From NCBI GenBank assembly GCA_963788205.1, contig CAWBGG010000007.1, forward strand, positions 378,732 to 442,731: a DNA stretch of 64,000 nt, given 5' to 3'. Under the pieces are notes generated by a model, which was given only the letters and a program-made list of their open reading frames with translations, made no database searches and was not told the origin of the DNA. Shown in pieces: positions 28,009-38,811 of the stretch. Position 1 is the first letter of the stretch. Every line of letters starts with the position of its first letter. A program made the translations under genes and the position numbers. The stretch is from an uncultured delta proteobacterium (lineage in GTDB: Bacteria; Desulfobacterota; Binatia; Binatales; Binataceae).

Positions 28009-28533
28009 ATGGTAATCGACGACGAAATTGATCGCGCCCTTATCGAGGAAAATCCCGGGCCCTCGGAACTCGAAGCGGCGATGGGGCACGACACGCTATC
28101 AAACGTGCTCAGCCATCCGCCGCTGATTCTCGACACCAAAACCAGCCTCTCCGAGGCGCTGAGCCAGATGCGGGAGAATCGCCGCGGCTGCGCGCTGCTC
28201 GTCACCGACGGCAAGCTCAAGGGAATTTTTACTGAGCGCGACGTCCTGATGAAGGTGGTCGGCAAGCCGATCGATCTGGAGCACACACCGGCCAGCGCCT
28301 ATATGACGCCCGACCCCGTCGCGCTGCACGCCGATGACGTGGTGGCCTTCGCGCTCAACAAGATGGTGATCGAAGGCTTTCGCCACATTCCGCTGGTGGA
28401 TGAGGAGAAGCGTCCGGTGGGAGTGGTCTCGATGCGGGAAATAATCGAGTATCTCTCCGACTACTATCGCCGCGACATTCTCAACATTCCGCCCGACCCA
28501 AACGTCCGCTCCCGCAGCCGCGACGGAGCCTGA
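28009..28533 (+). CDS. CBS domain pair protein
   Basis: Two CBS repeats (GCALLVTDGKLKGIFTERD and HIPLVDEEKRPVGVVSMREI). Confidence 0.7.
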   Translation: MVIDDEIDRALIEENPGPSELEAAMGHDTLSNVLSHPPLILDTKTSLSEALSQMRENRRGCALLVTDGKLKGIFTERDVLMKVVGKPIDLEHTPASAYMTPDPVALHADDVVAFALNKMVIEGFRHIPLVDEEKRPVGVVSMREIIEYLSDYYRRDILNIPPDPNVRSRSRDGA

Positions 28534-28599
28534 TCGATAGAATGCGCCGCAGCGTGGGCGGCGCTGGCCGGATACCGAGACGGCGACCGCTGCGGCGCA

Positions 28600-28800
28600 C
28601 TACCGGCGCATCACGTTGGCGGCCTGCAAGCCCTTGGGCCCTTCAGTCACTTCGAATTCGACTTTCTCTCCCTGTTCGAGCGAGCGGAAACCGTCGCCAC
28701 CGATCGCCGAATAGTGGACGAACACCTCCTTTCCGTCCTGCATGGTAATGAACCCGTAACCCTTTTTGGGACTGAACCACTTGACCACGCCGTTGGACAT
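28600..28800 (-). CDS. cold-shock protein (CspA family)
   Basis: 66 aa with [15 protein letters not shown] and the RNP motifs. A long GC-poor 5-prime leader lies at 28801-28975. Confidence 0.9.
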   Translation of the reverse strand: MSNGVVKWFSPKKGYGFITMQDGKEVFVHYSAIGGDGFRSLEQGEKVEFEVTEGPKGLQAANVMRR

Positions 28801-28978
28801 TTCAGGACCCTCCCTGGAGGTACGCTTCGCACCCCGGCACGCGGTCTTGCACTCCCTTTGTCAAAGGCAAGCCCCGGCGTAACGGCGGGCATATAGCACA
28901 CCCCGGCCGCTTCGCCAAAAGGGTCAAAAACGGCTTTTCGGAGCGATTAGGAAGATTTGGAATCGTGCGAGCGGGTCT

Positions 28979-29272
28979 CTATCGCGTCCGCCAGAGGATC
29001 GGCCGGGCATGGATATGACAGTGATCCGGAATCTGCCGCATCACGCCGTCGATAACGAAGCCGTCGGCACCGTACTTCGCCTGCGCGACTACCGTTAACA
29101 CTCCGATCATGAACGAGCGTTCCGCCTCGGTGGCGGCAGCGCGATGCTCCCCCAGAACGGCCATCGGCGTATCGCACGAGTCGCAATCGAGAATCGCGAA
29201 CCGGACGGGGCTCAGAAAGTTGCAATACCTGAGCGTGTAGTCGCGCAGCTCGCAAAGTTCGCATTGCGCCAT
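28979..29272 (-). CDS. HIT-family-like small protein (tentative)
   Basis: From the internal ATG: N-terminal CELC pair and C-terminal DHCHIHARP fit the HIT H-x-H-x-H motif. The upstream Arg-rich extension in the ORF track is probably not translated. Confidence 0.45.
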   Translation of the reverse strand: MAQCELCELRDYTLRYCNFLSPVRFAILDCDSCDTPMAVLGEHRAAATEAERSFMIGVLTVVAQAKYGADGFVIDGVMRQIPDHCHIHARPILWRTR

Positions 29273-29429
29273 CGTGTCAACGCTATAGCGGCTGGGCCGC
29301 TTAGCCCGCAACCTCCAGGCACACGCAGACTCACCGGCGCAGCGAGGTCGCCGCCGACCGGAGCAATGCGTTCGCCGCGTGGAATGGCGCCCCACGCGCC
29401 GTAAGGCGCGCGGGACGCTCAATCAGATA

Positions 29430-29735
29430 TTACTTTGCCGCCGGTGAGGCGGCAGCAGCCGGAGCCGCCGGCGGGGCGGCTGGGGCCGGAGCGGCGGACG
29501 AAGCGGCGGCGGCTGCCGCCTTCGCGGCTTTTTTTGCCTTGGCCTTGCAATAGCGGACGTGACCGATCGTGGCGCCCAGGTCCTTGGCGACCTCGGCGGC
29601 CTTCTTGCCGCTGTCCAGTTCCTGCATGATCTGATCGCAGGGGACCTTGCTCGCGGCGAATGCCGGAGCGGCAAGCTGAAGACCGATAAACGCCACCAGC
29701 GCAGAACTCGCTATCGCGATTGCAAGTTTCTTCAC
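29430..29735 (-). CDS. small secreted Ala/Lys-rich protein
   Basis: GTG start preceded by a GGGAGGG RBS. Signal peptide KKLAIAIASSALVAFIGLQLAAPAFA. Low-complexity AAKAAAAA tail. Confidence 0.5.
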   Translation of the reverse strand: MKKLAIAIASSALVAFIGLQLAAPAFAASKVPCDQIMQELDSGKKAAEVAKDLGATIGHVRYCKAKAKKAAKAAAAAASSAAPAPAAPPAAPAAAASPAAK

Positions 29736-29980
29736 CTTTGGATTCCCTCCCAAGCCAAGAGTTTCGTGAGTGCCAGAACAGTATTCCAAAAATCCTGCGC
29801 GACTAAAAGTCCCGTCCATGCCGATTGCCTAGGCAATGCGTTCAGGCCGCCATGAAATGAGCCGGCTTGGAGGTGGAGAAACGGGACTTCGGCATAGCGC
29901 TATCGCAGCCTGTTTATGCCAAGATTCGTCAATACTCGGCGGAATCGATAACCACGGCCGCGGTTCGAGGACTTTTTGTG

Positions 29981-31054
29981 ATGGCTCAGGATATCAAGAC
30001 CAAAGCACTCGATTTGGCGCTCAGTCAGATCGAAAAACAATTCGGCAAGGGCTCGATAATGAAACTCGGCGAGCAGGCCATTGAGGCCGACATCGCGGTC
30101 GTCCCGACCGGCTCGCTGGGACTCGATCTGGCGCTGGGCGTGGGCGGAATTCCGCGCGGACGCGTGGTCGAAATCTACGGACCGGAGTCGTCGGGCAAGA
30201 CCACGCTTGCGCTCGAATGTATCGCCGAGGCGCAGAAGCTCGGCGGCGTATGCGCCTTCATCGATGCCGAGCACGCACTCGACGCCGCCTACGCGCGCAA
30301 GCTCGGGGTCAAGGTCGAGGAACTGCTTATTTCGCAGCCCGACAACGGCGAGCAGGCGCTGGAAATCGCCGAAACCCTGGTGCAATCGAGCGCGATCGAC
30401 GTGCTGGTAATCGACTCGGTTGCCGCGCTGGTGCCGCGCGCCGAAATCGAAGGTGAGATGGGCGAGCCGCAGATGGGCCTGCAGGCGCGCCTCATGTCGC
30501 AGGCGCTGCGCAAGCTCACCGGGATAATCTCCCGTTCGCGCACGATCGTGATCTTCATCAACCAGATTCGAATGAAAATCGGCGTGATGTTCGGGAATCC
30601 TGAGACCACGACCGGCGGCCACGCGCTCAAGTTCTATTCGTCGGTGCGAATCGATATACGGCGGATCGGAACGATCAAGAACGCGACTGAGGTGATCGGC
30701 TCGCGGACCAAGGTCAAAGTGGTCAAGAACAAGGTTGCGCCGCCATTCCGCGAGGCCGAATTCGACATCCTGTACGGCTCGGGCATCTCCAAGGAAGGCG
30801 AGCTGGTCAACATGGGCGCCGAACACAACGTGATCGAGAAACTTGGCGCCTGGTACTCGTACGAGGGCGAGCGGATCGGGCAGGGCCGCGAGGCCGCACG
30901 CGACTTTCTGAAGGCCAATGCCGACGTCGCAGCCGACGTGGAAGCCAAAATCCGCCAGAAGCTCCAGGCTCGGGCCGGAGCGCCGGTTGCGGCCGCTGCC
31001 GCCGTCGAGCCGCCCGCTGATGGAGCGCCGGCGCCGTCCAAACGCAAGGGCTGA
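29981..31054 (+). CDS. recA: recombinase RecA
   Basis: GPESSGKTT Walker A plus the full RecA core. Internal ATG at 29981; the ORF-track upstream extension is not real. Confidence 0.95.
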   Translation: MAQDIKTKALDLALSQIEKQFGKGSIMKLGEQAIEADIAVVPTGSLGLDLALGVGGIPRGRVVEIYGPESSGKTTLALECIAEAQKLGGVCAFIDAEHALDAAYARKLGVKVEELLISQPDNGEQALEIAETLVQSSAIDVLVIDSVAALVPRAEIEGEMGEPQMGLQARLMSQALRKLTGIISRSRTIVIFINQIRMKIGVMFGNPETTTGGHALKFYSSVRIDIRRIGTIKNATEVIGSRTKVKVVKNKVAPPFREAEFDILYGSGISKEGELVNMGAEHNVIEKLGAWYSYEGERIGQGREAARDFLKANADVAADVEAKIRQKLQARAGAPVAAAAAVEPPADGAPAPSKRKG

Positions 31055-31094
31055 CGGCGCGCCGGACCGCGCGGGGGTGAGCCGAAGCGCAAGG

Positions 31095-31135
31095 AGCGAT
31101 TTGGCCGGCGGCCAAATCGCTCCTTGTACTTTTCT
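31095..31135 (+). terminator. rho-independent terminator after recA
   Basis: gcaaggagcgatttggccg / cggccaaatcgctccttg, an 18-bp perfect stem, followed by tacttttctg. Confidence 0.7.
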
Positions 31136-31154
31136 GACGCGGCGCGAGCGCCGG

Positions 31155-31182
31155 GTCGATGTCGGTCACGCTGTCAGCGTGA
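31155..31182 (-). terminator. hairpin, probable terminator for the convergent dsbA-like gene
   Basis: gtcggtcacgc tgtca gcgtgaccgac, an 11-bp perfect stem. Confidence 0.45.
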
Positions 31183-31211
31183 CCGACTCGACGCGAACAT
31201 TACCGTTTCGG

Positions 31212-32240
31212 CTACATCCCGCCGCCGGACGACGACTTGTTGCCACCCGACTCGGCCAGCTCCTGGTCAACCAGGCCGCGCAACATCTCGTAGGAAGCAT
31301 TGCCACTGATGAAATGTCCGTTGACAAAGAAGGTGGGCGTCCCGGTGAGGCCGAGCTTGGTGCCTTCGGCCTGGTCCTTCTGAATACCGGCCGCCTGCGC
31401 GCCCGAATCCAGGCACTTGTCAAACTTCGCGCCGTCGATGTTGATCGAGCGCGCGTAAGTCTTCATCTCGGCAATCTCCAGGCTGTCGGCCGAGAACAGC
31501 TTGTCATGAAAATCCCAGAACTTGCCCTGCTCTGAAGCGCAGCGGGCGGCTTCCGCGGCCTTTTCGGCATGCTTGTGCATCGGCAGCGGATAGTCCTTGA
31601 AGACAAAGGCAATCTTGCCGCTGTAAGCCTTGCGCAGCTTCTCGAGGGTCGGCTCAACCTTGCGGCAGTAAGGGCACTCGTAGTCCGCGAACTCCACCAC
31701 CTTGACGGCCGCATCGGGAGAGCCCTGAATCGGGGCATCACCGATCGTCACGTCCTCCTTGGGGGGCGCGAGCAACACGATCACAGTGGTCTCATCGCGC
31801 AGCGACTTCGCGTACGCCTCCATCGCCTTACGCTCGCGGCCTTCGCGGACATGCTCCTTGATCTTGTCCTTCAGCGCCTCGTAGGGCTGATCGGTTTCAA
31901 GCCCTTCCCAGTAGACTTTCAGCGCCTCATCGCTGGGATCCTTGATCTTGTTTCGAACATGACGTGTCAGAAGCTGGTCCACGGTCACATGTTCCTTCTT
32001 GGCCTGCTCCTCAAGGATGTCATTGTCGATCGCTTCGTCGATCACCTGTTTTTCGGCCGTATAATATTTGTACGCCGCATCCAGCATCTTGGCGGGCTCA
32101 CGCTTCTGAAGCTCGCCAACCGTGATGTCCCTATCACCCACGCGGGCTACCGTCCGCGACGGATCGTCAGCTCCCGCCCACGCGCGCGACGCGCACAGGG
32201 CGGCCGTCGCAATCGCCAACACTAGTATCGTTCTACGCAC
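31212..32240 (-). CDS. secreted DsbA-family thiol:disulfide oxidoreductase with N-terminal extension
   Basis: Signal peptide. CPYC active site inside a thioredoxin fold. FVNG cis-Pro region. Confidence 0.8.
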   Translation of the reverse strand: MRRTILVLAIATAALCASRAWAGADDPSRTVARVGDRDITVGELQKREPAKMLDAAYKYYTAEKQVIDEAIDNDILEEQAKKEHVTVDQLLTRHVRNKIKDPSDEALKVYWEGLETDQPYEALKDKIKEHVREGRERKAMEAYAKSLRDETTVIVLLAPPKEDVTIGDAPIQGSPDAAVKVVEFADYECPYCRKVEPTLEKLRKAYSGKIAFVFKDYPLPMHKHAEKAAEAARCASEQGKFWDFHDKLFSADSLEIAEMKTYARSINIDGAKFDKCLDSGAQAAGIQKDQAEGTKLGLTGTPTFFVNGHFISGNASYEMLRGLVDQELAESGGNKSSSGGGM

Positions 32241-32603
32241 AGCTCGTTTGATCTCCTTCCTGCGCCGACGCTTTGCCGGTCAGCGCAGATACGGTGGTGG
32301 ACAAACATTATCCTCTCAATGGCGGCGCAGGCAAGAGATCGAATCGCACGTTTGTCCGCAGGCGCGCGCAAGGCTCCTCACCCATCGCGGTTTCAATCGA
32401 TCACGCGGCCCGCGTTGATGCGATGCGCGCGAGACCGGGCCGATCGCCTGAGCTTTGCCGGCTGGAACCACGGGCGGAAAGTTTTTCCCATTGCCGTTCG
32501 TGGCACGGACTTTGGATCGTTTTAAGGGCCCGGCAGGACGAAGCAAAAAGAGCCTGAAGACGCTGTCGCGCGACGACGCGGGCTGTGTCGCGTCATAAAC
32601 ATA

Positions 32604-35354
32604 TTGTATCAGTTTAGTGACAGCCTGTTTCATTCCGCGAGCAGTCGGACCACATTACGAGCCGCGACCGCGGCTGTCGCCTGTCTTCTGATGGCCGTGC
32701 AGGCGCTGGCCCAGAACGCCCCCCAAAACATGCCACTGATTGGCAACCATCCTGCCGAGGTCGAGAGCTGGCGGCAGGCGGGATGGGCCGAGCCGGATAC
32801 GCAGCTTGTGATGCGCGTCCACTTCGCGATCCGCAACCGGGCCGCGCTGGACGAGTTTTTGTCCGAGCAACAGAACCCAAAATCCCCGGCCTATCGGCAT
32901 TGGCTGACGCCGAGCCAGTTCACGCAAAGCTTCGGGCCCAACGAGGCCGACCTTGACGCGGTCTCCGGCTGGCTCACCGCCCAGGGTTTCAGGGTCCGTG
33001 CACGCAGCCAGGCGGCGCGCTATCTCGAGTTCAGCGGACCGGAATGGCTGGTCGAGCGCGGTTTCCACATCGCGATCGGAACCTTTGCCGGCGGCCGCAC
33101 CTATGGCAACCTCACCGATCCCCTGATTCCGGCGCAATTCACCGAAGTGATCGAGTCGATAGAGGGTCTCGACAACTTTCGGCACTCGAAGCCGCTGCTC
33201 CATCGGCGGTCGGACAGCCAGTCGCCGGTTGCGGCGACGATCGCGCCGGCTCCCGACCTGAGGCTGGCGGAATGGCTCGAGCAGATCCCGCTGCACGAAG
33301 ATCCGTCGCTACCCGCCCTCGCGCCGGTCCCCGAAACGATTCTCGGCCACGTCAGGGCGTTTGCGCCCAGCGACATCCAGACCTTCTATGACGAGACTCC
33401 CCTGCTGAGCGGCGGAATCAACGGGCGTGGCGGCGACTGTATCGCGGTAGTTGGAGACTCGGACTACCTCGACGCGGCGGTGAGCGATTTCGACACGCAG
33501 TTCGGGCTGGCAGCGTCGAGCATCACGCGCGAAATCGTCGGCAGCAATCCGGGCATCAATGGCGACGAAGCTGAAGCGCTGATCGACCTGGAATGGTCGC
33601 ACGCGGTCGCTCCAGGCGCGCCCCAGAGGTTCTACCTGGGCGACATCGTCGAGGGGATTTCCACCGCCGTCAGCGACAACGCATGCAGTGCGATCAACAT
33701 CAGCTTCGGCTTCTGCGGCGCGAGCGATGGCTTCTACACTTCCATGGACTCGATCTTTGCGCAGGCCGCGGCGCAAGGACAGTCGGTGTTCGTGTCGTCG
33801 GGTGATCAAGGGGCCGCCGGACTGGTGGTCAATTCGGCGGGCACCGAATGCGTGGCCGGCACCAGCCGCAACGTGAATGAGATCGCCGCCAGCCCCAACG
33901 TCACGGGGGTGGGCGGAACTCAATTCAGTCCGAGCTACAACGCCGCCGGCAACGATTCGGGCAATGCGCCCGAAAGCGTGTGGGACGAATCGTTCGGCGC
34001 GACTGGCGGCGGCGCTAGCGCGGTGTTCAGCAAGCCCTCTTTCCAGAGCGGTTTGGGCGTGCCTGCCGACGGACACAGGGACGTGCCCGACGTCGCGATG
34101 ATCGCCAGCCCCGATCAGCCCGGCGTATTCCTGGGCGACGATTCAAATGGCAGCGCAGTGATCGATTGCTGCTGGGGAGGCACCAGTCTGGGCGCGCCGC
34201 TGTGGTCCGGAATTTCGCGGTTGCTCTCGCAGGCGAATGGCAAACGGGTCGGCAATATCGACTCGAAAGTCTACCGCATGGTTGCATCGCAAGGCGCTGC
34301 GGCGGGCCTCCGTGACGTTACGGCCGGCATCAACAGCTTTAACAGTGTGTTGGGTTTTCTGGCCGGAAACGGCTACAGCCAGGCGACGGGATTGGGAACC
34401 GTAGATTTGGCGACATTTGTCCCCGCGTTCGTGGGCTCTGCGGCTTCGACGCCAACACCGACACCGACCGGGACGCCGACTGCCACGCCGACTCGAACGC
34501 CGACGCCGACTCCGACGCGAACCGCAACGCCGGCACCAACGCCATCCGCGACACCAACCGGCGCAGCAACCCCGACTCCAAGCCCATCGCCGACTGCAAT
34601 TCCGACCGCGCGGCCAACGCCGAGCCCGTCGGCTTCTCCGACGCCAACGGCAATTCCCACAGCGCGGCCAACGCCGAGCCCGTCGCCTTCCCCGACGCCA
34701 ACGGCAATTCCTACAGCGCGGCCAACGCCAAGCCCGACGCCAACTACAATCCCTACGGCACGCCCGACGCCAACCGCAATCCCCACGGCGCGGCCAACGC
34801 TGAGCCCGTCGGCTTCCCCGACGCCAACGGCAATTCCTACAACGCGGCCGACGCCAACTGCAATCCCGACAGTGCGGCCGACGCCGACACCGACTCCGGC
34901 GAGAACCCCTACTCCCACGCCAATTCGGCCGACACCTTCGCCGACTTCGTCACCGGCGCCCTCAGCCACGCCCACACCGCCGGCCAGTTGCAATTCGCAG
35001 GTGTTCAACGCCGTGAGCACGCTGCCGGTTACCGTCAGCCCCAACTCCCCGACCTACGTCGTTGCCACAGCGGGCAATCAGTTCACGACCTCCAGGTGCA
35101 ACGCGAATTGGGTCGTCGTTACCCGTTGCCTGGTCCAGTTCACTAATGGCAGCTTCTTCAATGCTCTAGTTATGGGTACTAACTCGGGTTTGAATCCGCT
35201 GAGTATCCCGCCTTACACGAGTACGTATCTCGAATGGTCATACAGCTTCAACCTGGCAGGCGGGACGCGGATAACCAGTCCGGTTTGCCCCGTAACCTCG
35301 ACACAGCGCGGCACCGCCACCGGCAGTGCGAGCATGATTGCGTTACCGGGGTGA
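32604..35354 (+). CDS. secreted S53 (sedolisin/kumamolisin-like) peptidase with Pro/Thr/Ala-rich linker and C-terminal domain
   Basis: Signal peptide. Pro-kumamolisin activation-like prodomain. [12 protein letters not shown] serine motif. About 120 aa of [16 protein letters not shown] repeats. A Cys-containing C-terminal domain. Confidence 0.8.
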   Translation: MYQFSDSLFHSASSRTTLRAATAAVACLLMAVQALAQNAPQNMPLIGNHPAEVESWRQAGWAEPDTQLVMRVHFAIRNRAALDEFLSEQQNPKSPAYRHWLTPSQFTQSFGPNEADLDAVSGWLTAQGFRVRARSQAARYLEFSGPEWLVERGFHIAIGTFAGGRTYGNLTDPLIPAQFTEVIESIEGLDNFRHSKPLLHRRSDSQSPVAATIAPAPDLRLAEWLEQIPLHEDPSLPALAPVPETILGHVRAFAPSDIQTFYDETPLLSGGINGRGGDCIAVVGDSDYLDAAVSDFDTQFGLAASSITREIVGSNPGINGDEAEALIDLEWSHAVAPGAPQRFYLGDIVEGISTAVSDNACSAINISFGFCGASDGFYTSMDSIFAQAAAQGQSVFVSSGDQGAAGLVVNSAGTECVAGTSRNVNEIAASPNVTGVGGTQFSPSYNAAGNDSGNAPESVWDESFGATGGGASAVFSKPSFQSGLGVPADGHRDVPDVAMIASPDQPGVFLGDDSNGSAVIDCCWGGTSLGAPLWSGISRLLSQANGKRVGNIDSKVYRMVASQGAAAGLRDVTAGINSFNSVLGFLAGNGYSQATGLGTVDLATFVPAFVGSAASTPTPTPTGTPTATPTRTPTPTPTRTATPAPTPSATPTGAATPTPSPSPTAIPTARPTPSPSASPTPTAIPTARPTPSPSPSPTPTAIPTARPTPSPTPTTIPTARPTPTAIPTARPTLSPSASPTPTAIPTTRPTPTAIPTVRPTPTPTPARTPTPTPIRPTPSPTSSPAPSATPTPPASCNSQVFNAVSTLPVTVSPNSPTYVVATAGNQFTTSRCNANWVVVTRCLVQFTNGSFFNALVMGTNSGLNPLSIPPYTSTYLEWSYSFNLAGGTRITSPVCPVTSTQRGTATGSASMIALPG
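34440..34900. repeat. imperfect tandem DNA repeats of about 60 bp inside the peptidase linker
   Basis: Repeating unit ccgacgccaacggcaattcc(c/t)acagcgcggccaacgccgagcccgtcg(g/c)cttc. It encodes the PT-rich linker. Confidence 0.75.
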
Positions 35355-35411
35355 TCCGCGGCAGCGAGCGCTCTCAGGGCAGCTTGCGGGTGCCCGCGCG
35401 CCGGCTTGCGC

Positions 35412-36572
35412 TCAGACCACCTGGCGAAAGCCCAGGGCCGGGGGAATACGCATCGCCTCGGCTATCGGGATTGCGCCGCTCAGCAGGCTGACCACGATCG
35501 CGGCGACCAGTCCCTGAATCGCCGCCGCCGGCATCACGAACAGCGCGCCATTGCCCCCGAGCGCCGCGCCCAGCGATACGCCGCCGGCGAATAGCCACAA
35601 TGCCACGCCCGCGCCGAGGGCGCCCCCGGCCATCCCGATCAGCGCGCATTCGCCGAACAGAAGATTGGCGATCTGGCCGGGGCTGAAGCCCAGGGCGCGC
35701 ATCACGGCGACCTCGCCGATACGATCGCGGACCATCATCGCGGCCGAGTTGGCCGCGATCAGCCACACCGTCAGGATCACCACCGCGGACAGGCTGAAGA
35801 CGATCGCACGGATGTTTCCGACCGCGGAAAGGCCGTTGGAGAGCGCGTCCTTCTCGGTCATGGTGCGGGTTTCATATGGCGAGTTGTGGAAGTGATCGTC
35901 GATTTGCTTCGAGAGCATCGCCAGGCGCTCGGGCGTGTCGGCGCGCACGATCAATTGCCAGGCGATGTCGTCGGCTGGATAGCCGTGGGCCTTCATCGCC
36001 TCGTTGAAATAGTCGCGACTGAAGATGAAAGAGTTGGGGTAATGTTTGGAGGGGATGTCGGCGACCAGAATAAAGGTCAGGTCCATCCGCGCAAACGCAT
36101 CGGCGCCGTGTAACGTGATCTGCTGGCCGAGCTTCCATCCGTACTTGGCCATCAGCGCGCGCCCCACTGTCGCGGCCCGGCGATCGTTGCGCATCGAGGT
36201 CATCACGTTCTGACTGAGCCCGTAGTCTGGGAAGACCTGGCTGATCTCCGGGCCGACCGCGGCGGCGAAAAACGAATCGCGCGGATCTCTGTAGGTCGCA
36301 GGCCATCCCCTGATCGCCACGCACGCGGCGCATCCGGGCATCTGGCGAATCTCATCGCAGTAGCGCGAGGGCAGGTCGTACCAGGGCGCGGTGCGATTGT
36401 TGACCACCAACCGCAGCGTGGTGGAAGCGTCGCGGATGATGCGATCCATCGAGGCCGGCACCGAGATCAGCACTGTGAACACGAAGGTCGCGGTGGTGAT
36501 CACCAGCGTGGTCAGCATGGTACGGCGGAAGTTGCGGCGCATATTGCGCTCGATCAATTTGAACAGGTTCAT
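35412..36572 (-). CDS. ABC transporter permease, FtsX/MacB-like
   Basis: N-terminal TM, a periplasmic domain of about 200 aa, and three C-terminal TMs typical of FtsX-like permeases. Confidence 0.8.
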   Translation of the reverse strand: MNLFKLIERNMRRNFRRTMLTTLVITTATFVFTVLISVPASMDRIIRDASTTLRLVVNNRTAPWYDLPSRYCDEIRQMPGCAACVAIRGWPATYRDPRDSFFAAAVGPEISQVFPDYGLSQNVMTSMRNDRRAATVGRALMAKYGWKLGQQITLHGADAFARMDLTFILVADIPSKHYPNSFIFSRDYFNEAMKAHGYPADDIAWQLIVRADTPERLAMLSKQIDDHFHNSPYETRTMTEKDALSNGLSAVGNIRAIVFSLSAVVILTVWLIAANSAAMMVRDRIGEVAVMRALGFSPGQIANLLFGECALIGMAGGALGAGVALWLFAGGVSLGAALGGNGALFVMPAAAIQGLVAAIVVSLLSGAIPIAEAMRIPPALGFRQVV

Positions 36573-36606
36573 CGCGATCCTCCCCTCGTGTTTGGCCGGC
36601 GCGGGC

Positions 36607-37763
36607 TCAGGCCGTGCGCAATGAATCCATCACGCCGATTCGCGCCGCGCGCGCGGCCGGCAGCAATCCTCCGATCGCGCCGATAATCGCCGCCGCGATC
36701 AGTCCCGATACCAGGGCGCGGCCGGTGAGCTGATACGAGAAGATGAACTCGCCAACACTCATCAAGCGGCTGTTGAGTCCGGTCGCGGTGGCCACGGCGA
36801 TCGCGAGCAGCTCGCCGATCAGTCCGCCAGCCACGCCGATCACGATACTCTCGATCACGAAGCTCAGCAGCACGTTGCCGCGCGTGAAGCCGAGCGCGCG
36901 CAGCACGCCGACCTCTTTGCCGCGCCGCGCCACCGCCGCGTACATCGTGTTCATGCCGCCGAAGGTCGCGCCGACGCCCAGGATGATCGCGATTATCAAT
37001 CCGAGTCCGCGCAGTTGGTCGGCGAACTCCGATTCCTGCGCGTAAAATTCGGTCTCGGTCTCAGCGTCGGACCGCAGCCGCGCGTCATTGTCGAGCGCGT
37101 GCTTGAAGGCGTCCTCCATACCGGGCTTGAGCACTACGTGGATCGAGGCGAACCCGCCGTTGGGATAGCCCATGTCCTGGCGCAGCACGTCGAGGTCGGT
37201 CCAGATTTCCGACTCGCGCGCGCTGTCGTGATCCGAGAACGCTCCCACCACCGTCCACGTTCGCCGGCCGAAGCGAACCGCTTTACCCGGCGCCAGCTCG
37301 GGGGTCCGCGCCAGCAGCTTGCGCCCGACCACCATTTCGCTGCTGCCGCGCGCGGGCCATCGCCCACTGACGATCCGCATGTCGTGATGCACGCGGTAGG
37401 CTTCGGGATAGACTCCGCGCAGAAAGGTGAAGTTCTGATTCGGCTGGTCGGGGTTGGCGAAGAATCCGGTCACCGCCTCGGGCGAGGCCAGCGTCAGGTT
37501 GCCCTCGTTCGCGATCTCCGGCGGCTCCGGATCAACTCGTACTGCTCGTAGCTGATAAAGCTGGCCGGCTCCGAGGTGATACCGCGCGCCAGCACGATCC
37601 AGTTGCCCCGATCAGCTGCGCCCATCACGGTGCCGCGCAATCCAGCGATCAACCCCGACAGGATCACGAGGATCATCACCACCAGGGCGACGCCCATAGC
37701 GGTCATCAGCGAGGTGGTCCGCCGCACCATCAGGCTGCGCAGGTTGTAGCGTATAGGAATCAT
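36607..37763 (-). pseudogene. second FtsX/MacB-like permease, split by a frameshift (N-terminal 89 aa in one frame, remainder in another)
   Basis: Frame at 37494-37763 encodes the TM1 start and ends ...ISYEQYELIRSRRRSRTRAT*. The adjacent frame continues ...EPPEIANEGNLTLASPEAVTGFFANPDQ... into ORF 36607-37473. A single-nt indel lies somewhere between 37473 and 37560. Confidence 0.6.
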
Positions 37764-37968
37764 TGTCGTGCCGGTTTAGGACGAAAGAAAAACTAGAAGT
37801 TATCAGAGAGTCATTCCCGAATCGACAGCAGCGGAACCCGGGCAGCATGCGGTTCGCCTACTGCGCCAATGCGGATTCAGGAACAAATGCATTCCTTGCT
37901 CCGCGAGGCCTGCGCTAGTCTGAACGGACGATGCATCCGGCGACGCCGGGTTGCGACGATTCTGGGAT

Positions 37969-38799
37969 ATGGCTGATCGCACTCCGATTCCGGTTGGCAA
38001 ATACGCCAAGACCGCCAAGGGCTACGAGATCCACTACCACGAGGCCGGCGGCGGTGGCGATCCGGTGGTGTTCATCCACGGCGCCGGTCCCGGCGCCAGC
38101 GGTTACAGTAACTTCAAGCGGAACTATCCGTTTTTCGCCGAGCAGGGCTTGCGCGCGATCGTGCCCGACCTGCCGGGCTACGGGCTGTCCTCCAAGCCCG
38201 CGGACGTGGCCTACACGCTCGACTTCTTCGTCGAGACCCTGCGCGGATTTCTCGACGCGATCGGCGTGCGGCGATGCGTTCCGTTGGGCAATTCGCTCGG
38301 CGGCGCGATCGCGATCAAGTACACGCTCGACTATCCCGACTCGGTGAGCAAGCTCATCCTGATGGCGCCGGGCGGCCTCGAGGAGCTGCCGACCTACCTG
38401 CAGATGGAGGGCATCCAGAACATGCTCAGGGTCCATTCCGCGGGCCCAATCAACGCAGAAGGCATCCGCAACATCATGTCCAAGCAGCTCTACGACCCCG
38501 CTCTGCTCACCGAAGAGCTGCTCGCAGAGCGCGCGGGGATTTCCGTGACCCAGCCGAGCACCGTGCTCTCCACGATGCGGGTGCCGAACATGGCCGCGCA
38601 ACTTGGTTCCATCCGATGCCCGGTGCTGGGCTTCTGGGGAATCAACGACAAGTTCAATCCGGTCAGTGGCGCGACCAAAATTGTCGAAGGATGTCCAAAC
38701 GCGCGCGTTACGCTGCTCAACCGCTGCGGTCACTGGGTGATGGTCGAGCATCGCGACTTCTTCAACCGCGCGTGCATTGACTTCCTGCGCAACGGCTGA
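37969..38799 (+). CDS. alpha/beta hydrolase, meta-cleavage product (C-C bond) hydrolase family (MhpC/BphD-like)
   Basis: GNSLGG nucleophile elbow and the alpha/beta-hydrolase pattern. Lies upstream of the hydratase gene. Confidence 0.75.
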   Translation: MADRTPIPVGKYAKTAKGYEIHYHEAGGGGDPVVFIHGAGPGASGYSNFKRNYPFFAEQGLRAIVPDLPGYGLSSKPADVAYTLDFFVETLRGFLDAIGVRRCVPLGNSLGGAIAIKYTLDYPDSVSKLILMAPGGLEELPTYLQMEGIQNMLRVHSAGPINAEGIRNIMSKQLYDPALLTEELLAERAGISVTQPSTVLSTMRVPNMAAQLGSIRCPVLGFWGINDKFNPVSGATKIVEGCPNARVTLLNRCGHWVMVEHRDFFNRACIDFLRNG

Positions 38800-38811
38800 T
38801 TCGCTCGGGCG

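Noticed and set aside
29820-29980. Possible LexA/SOS box upstream of recA (a GTTCAGG segment at about 29842)
   Set aside because: The flanking bases do not fit the delta-proteobacterial CTRHAMRYBYGTTCAGS consensus, the CTGT-N8-ACAG box, or the GAAC-N4-GTTC box. No palindrome partner was found.
34440-34900. Tandem repeats considered as a possible CRISPR array
   Set aside because: They lie inside a coding sequence and are degenerate, in-frame and of one protein-coding unit. There are no unique spacers and no cas genes.
35162-35195. tRNA-like T-loop string (gggtttgaatccgctgag)
   Set aside because: It lies inside the peptidase coding sequence. No acceptor stem or anticodon arm can be built around it.
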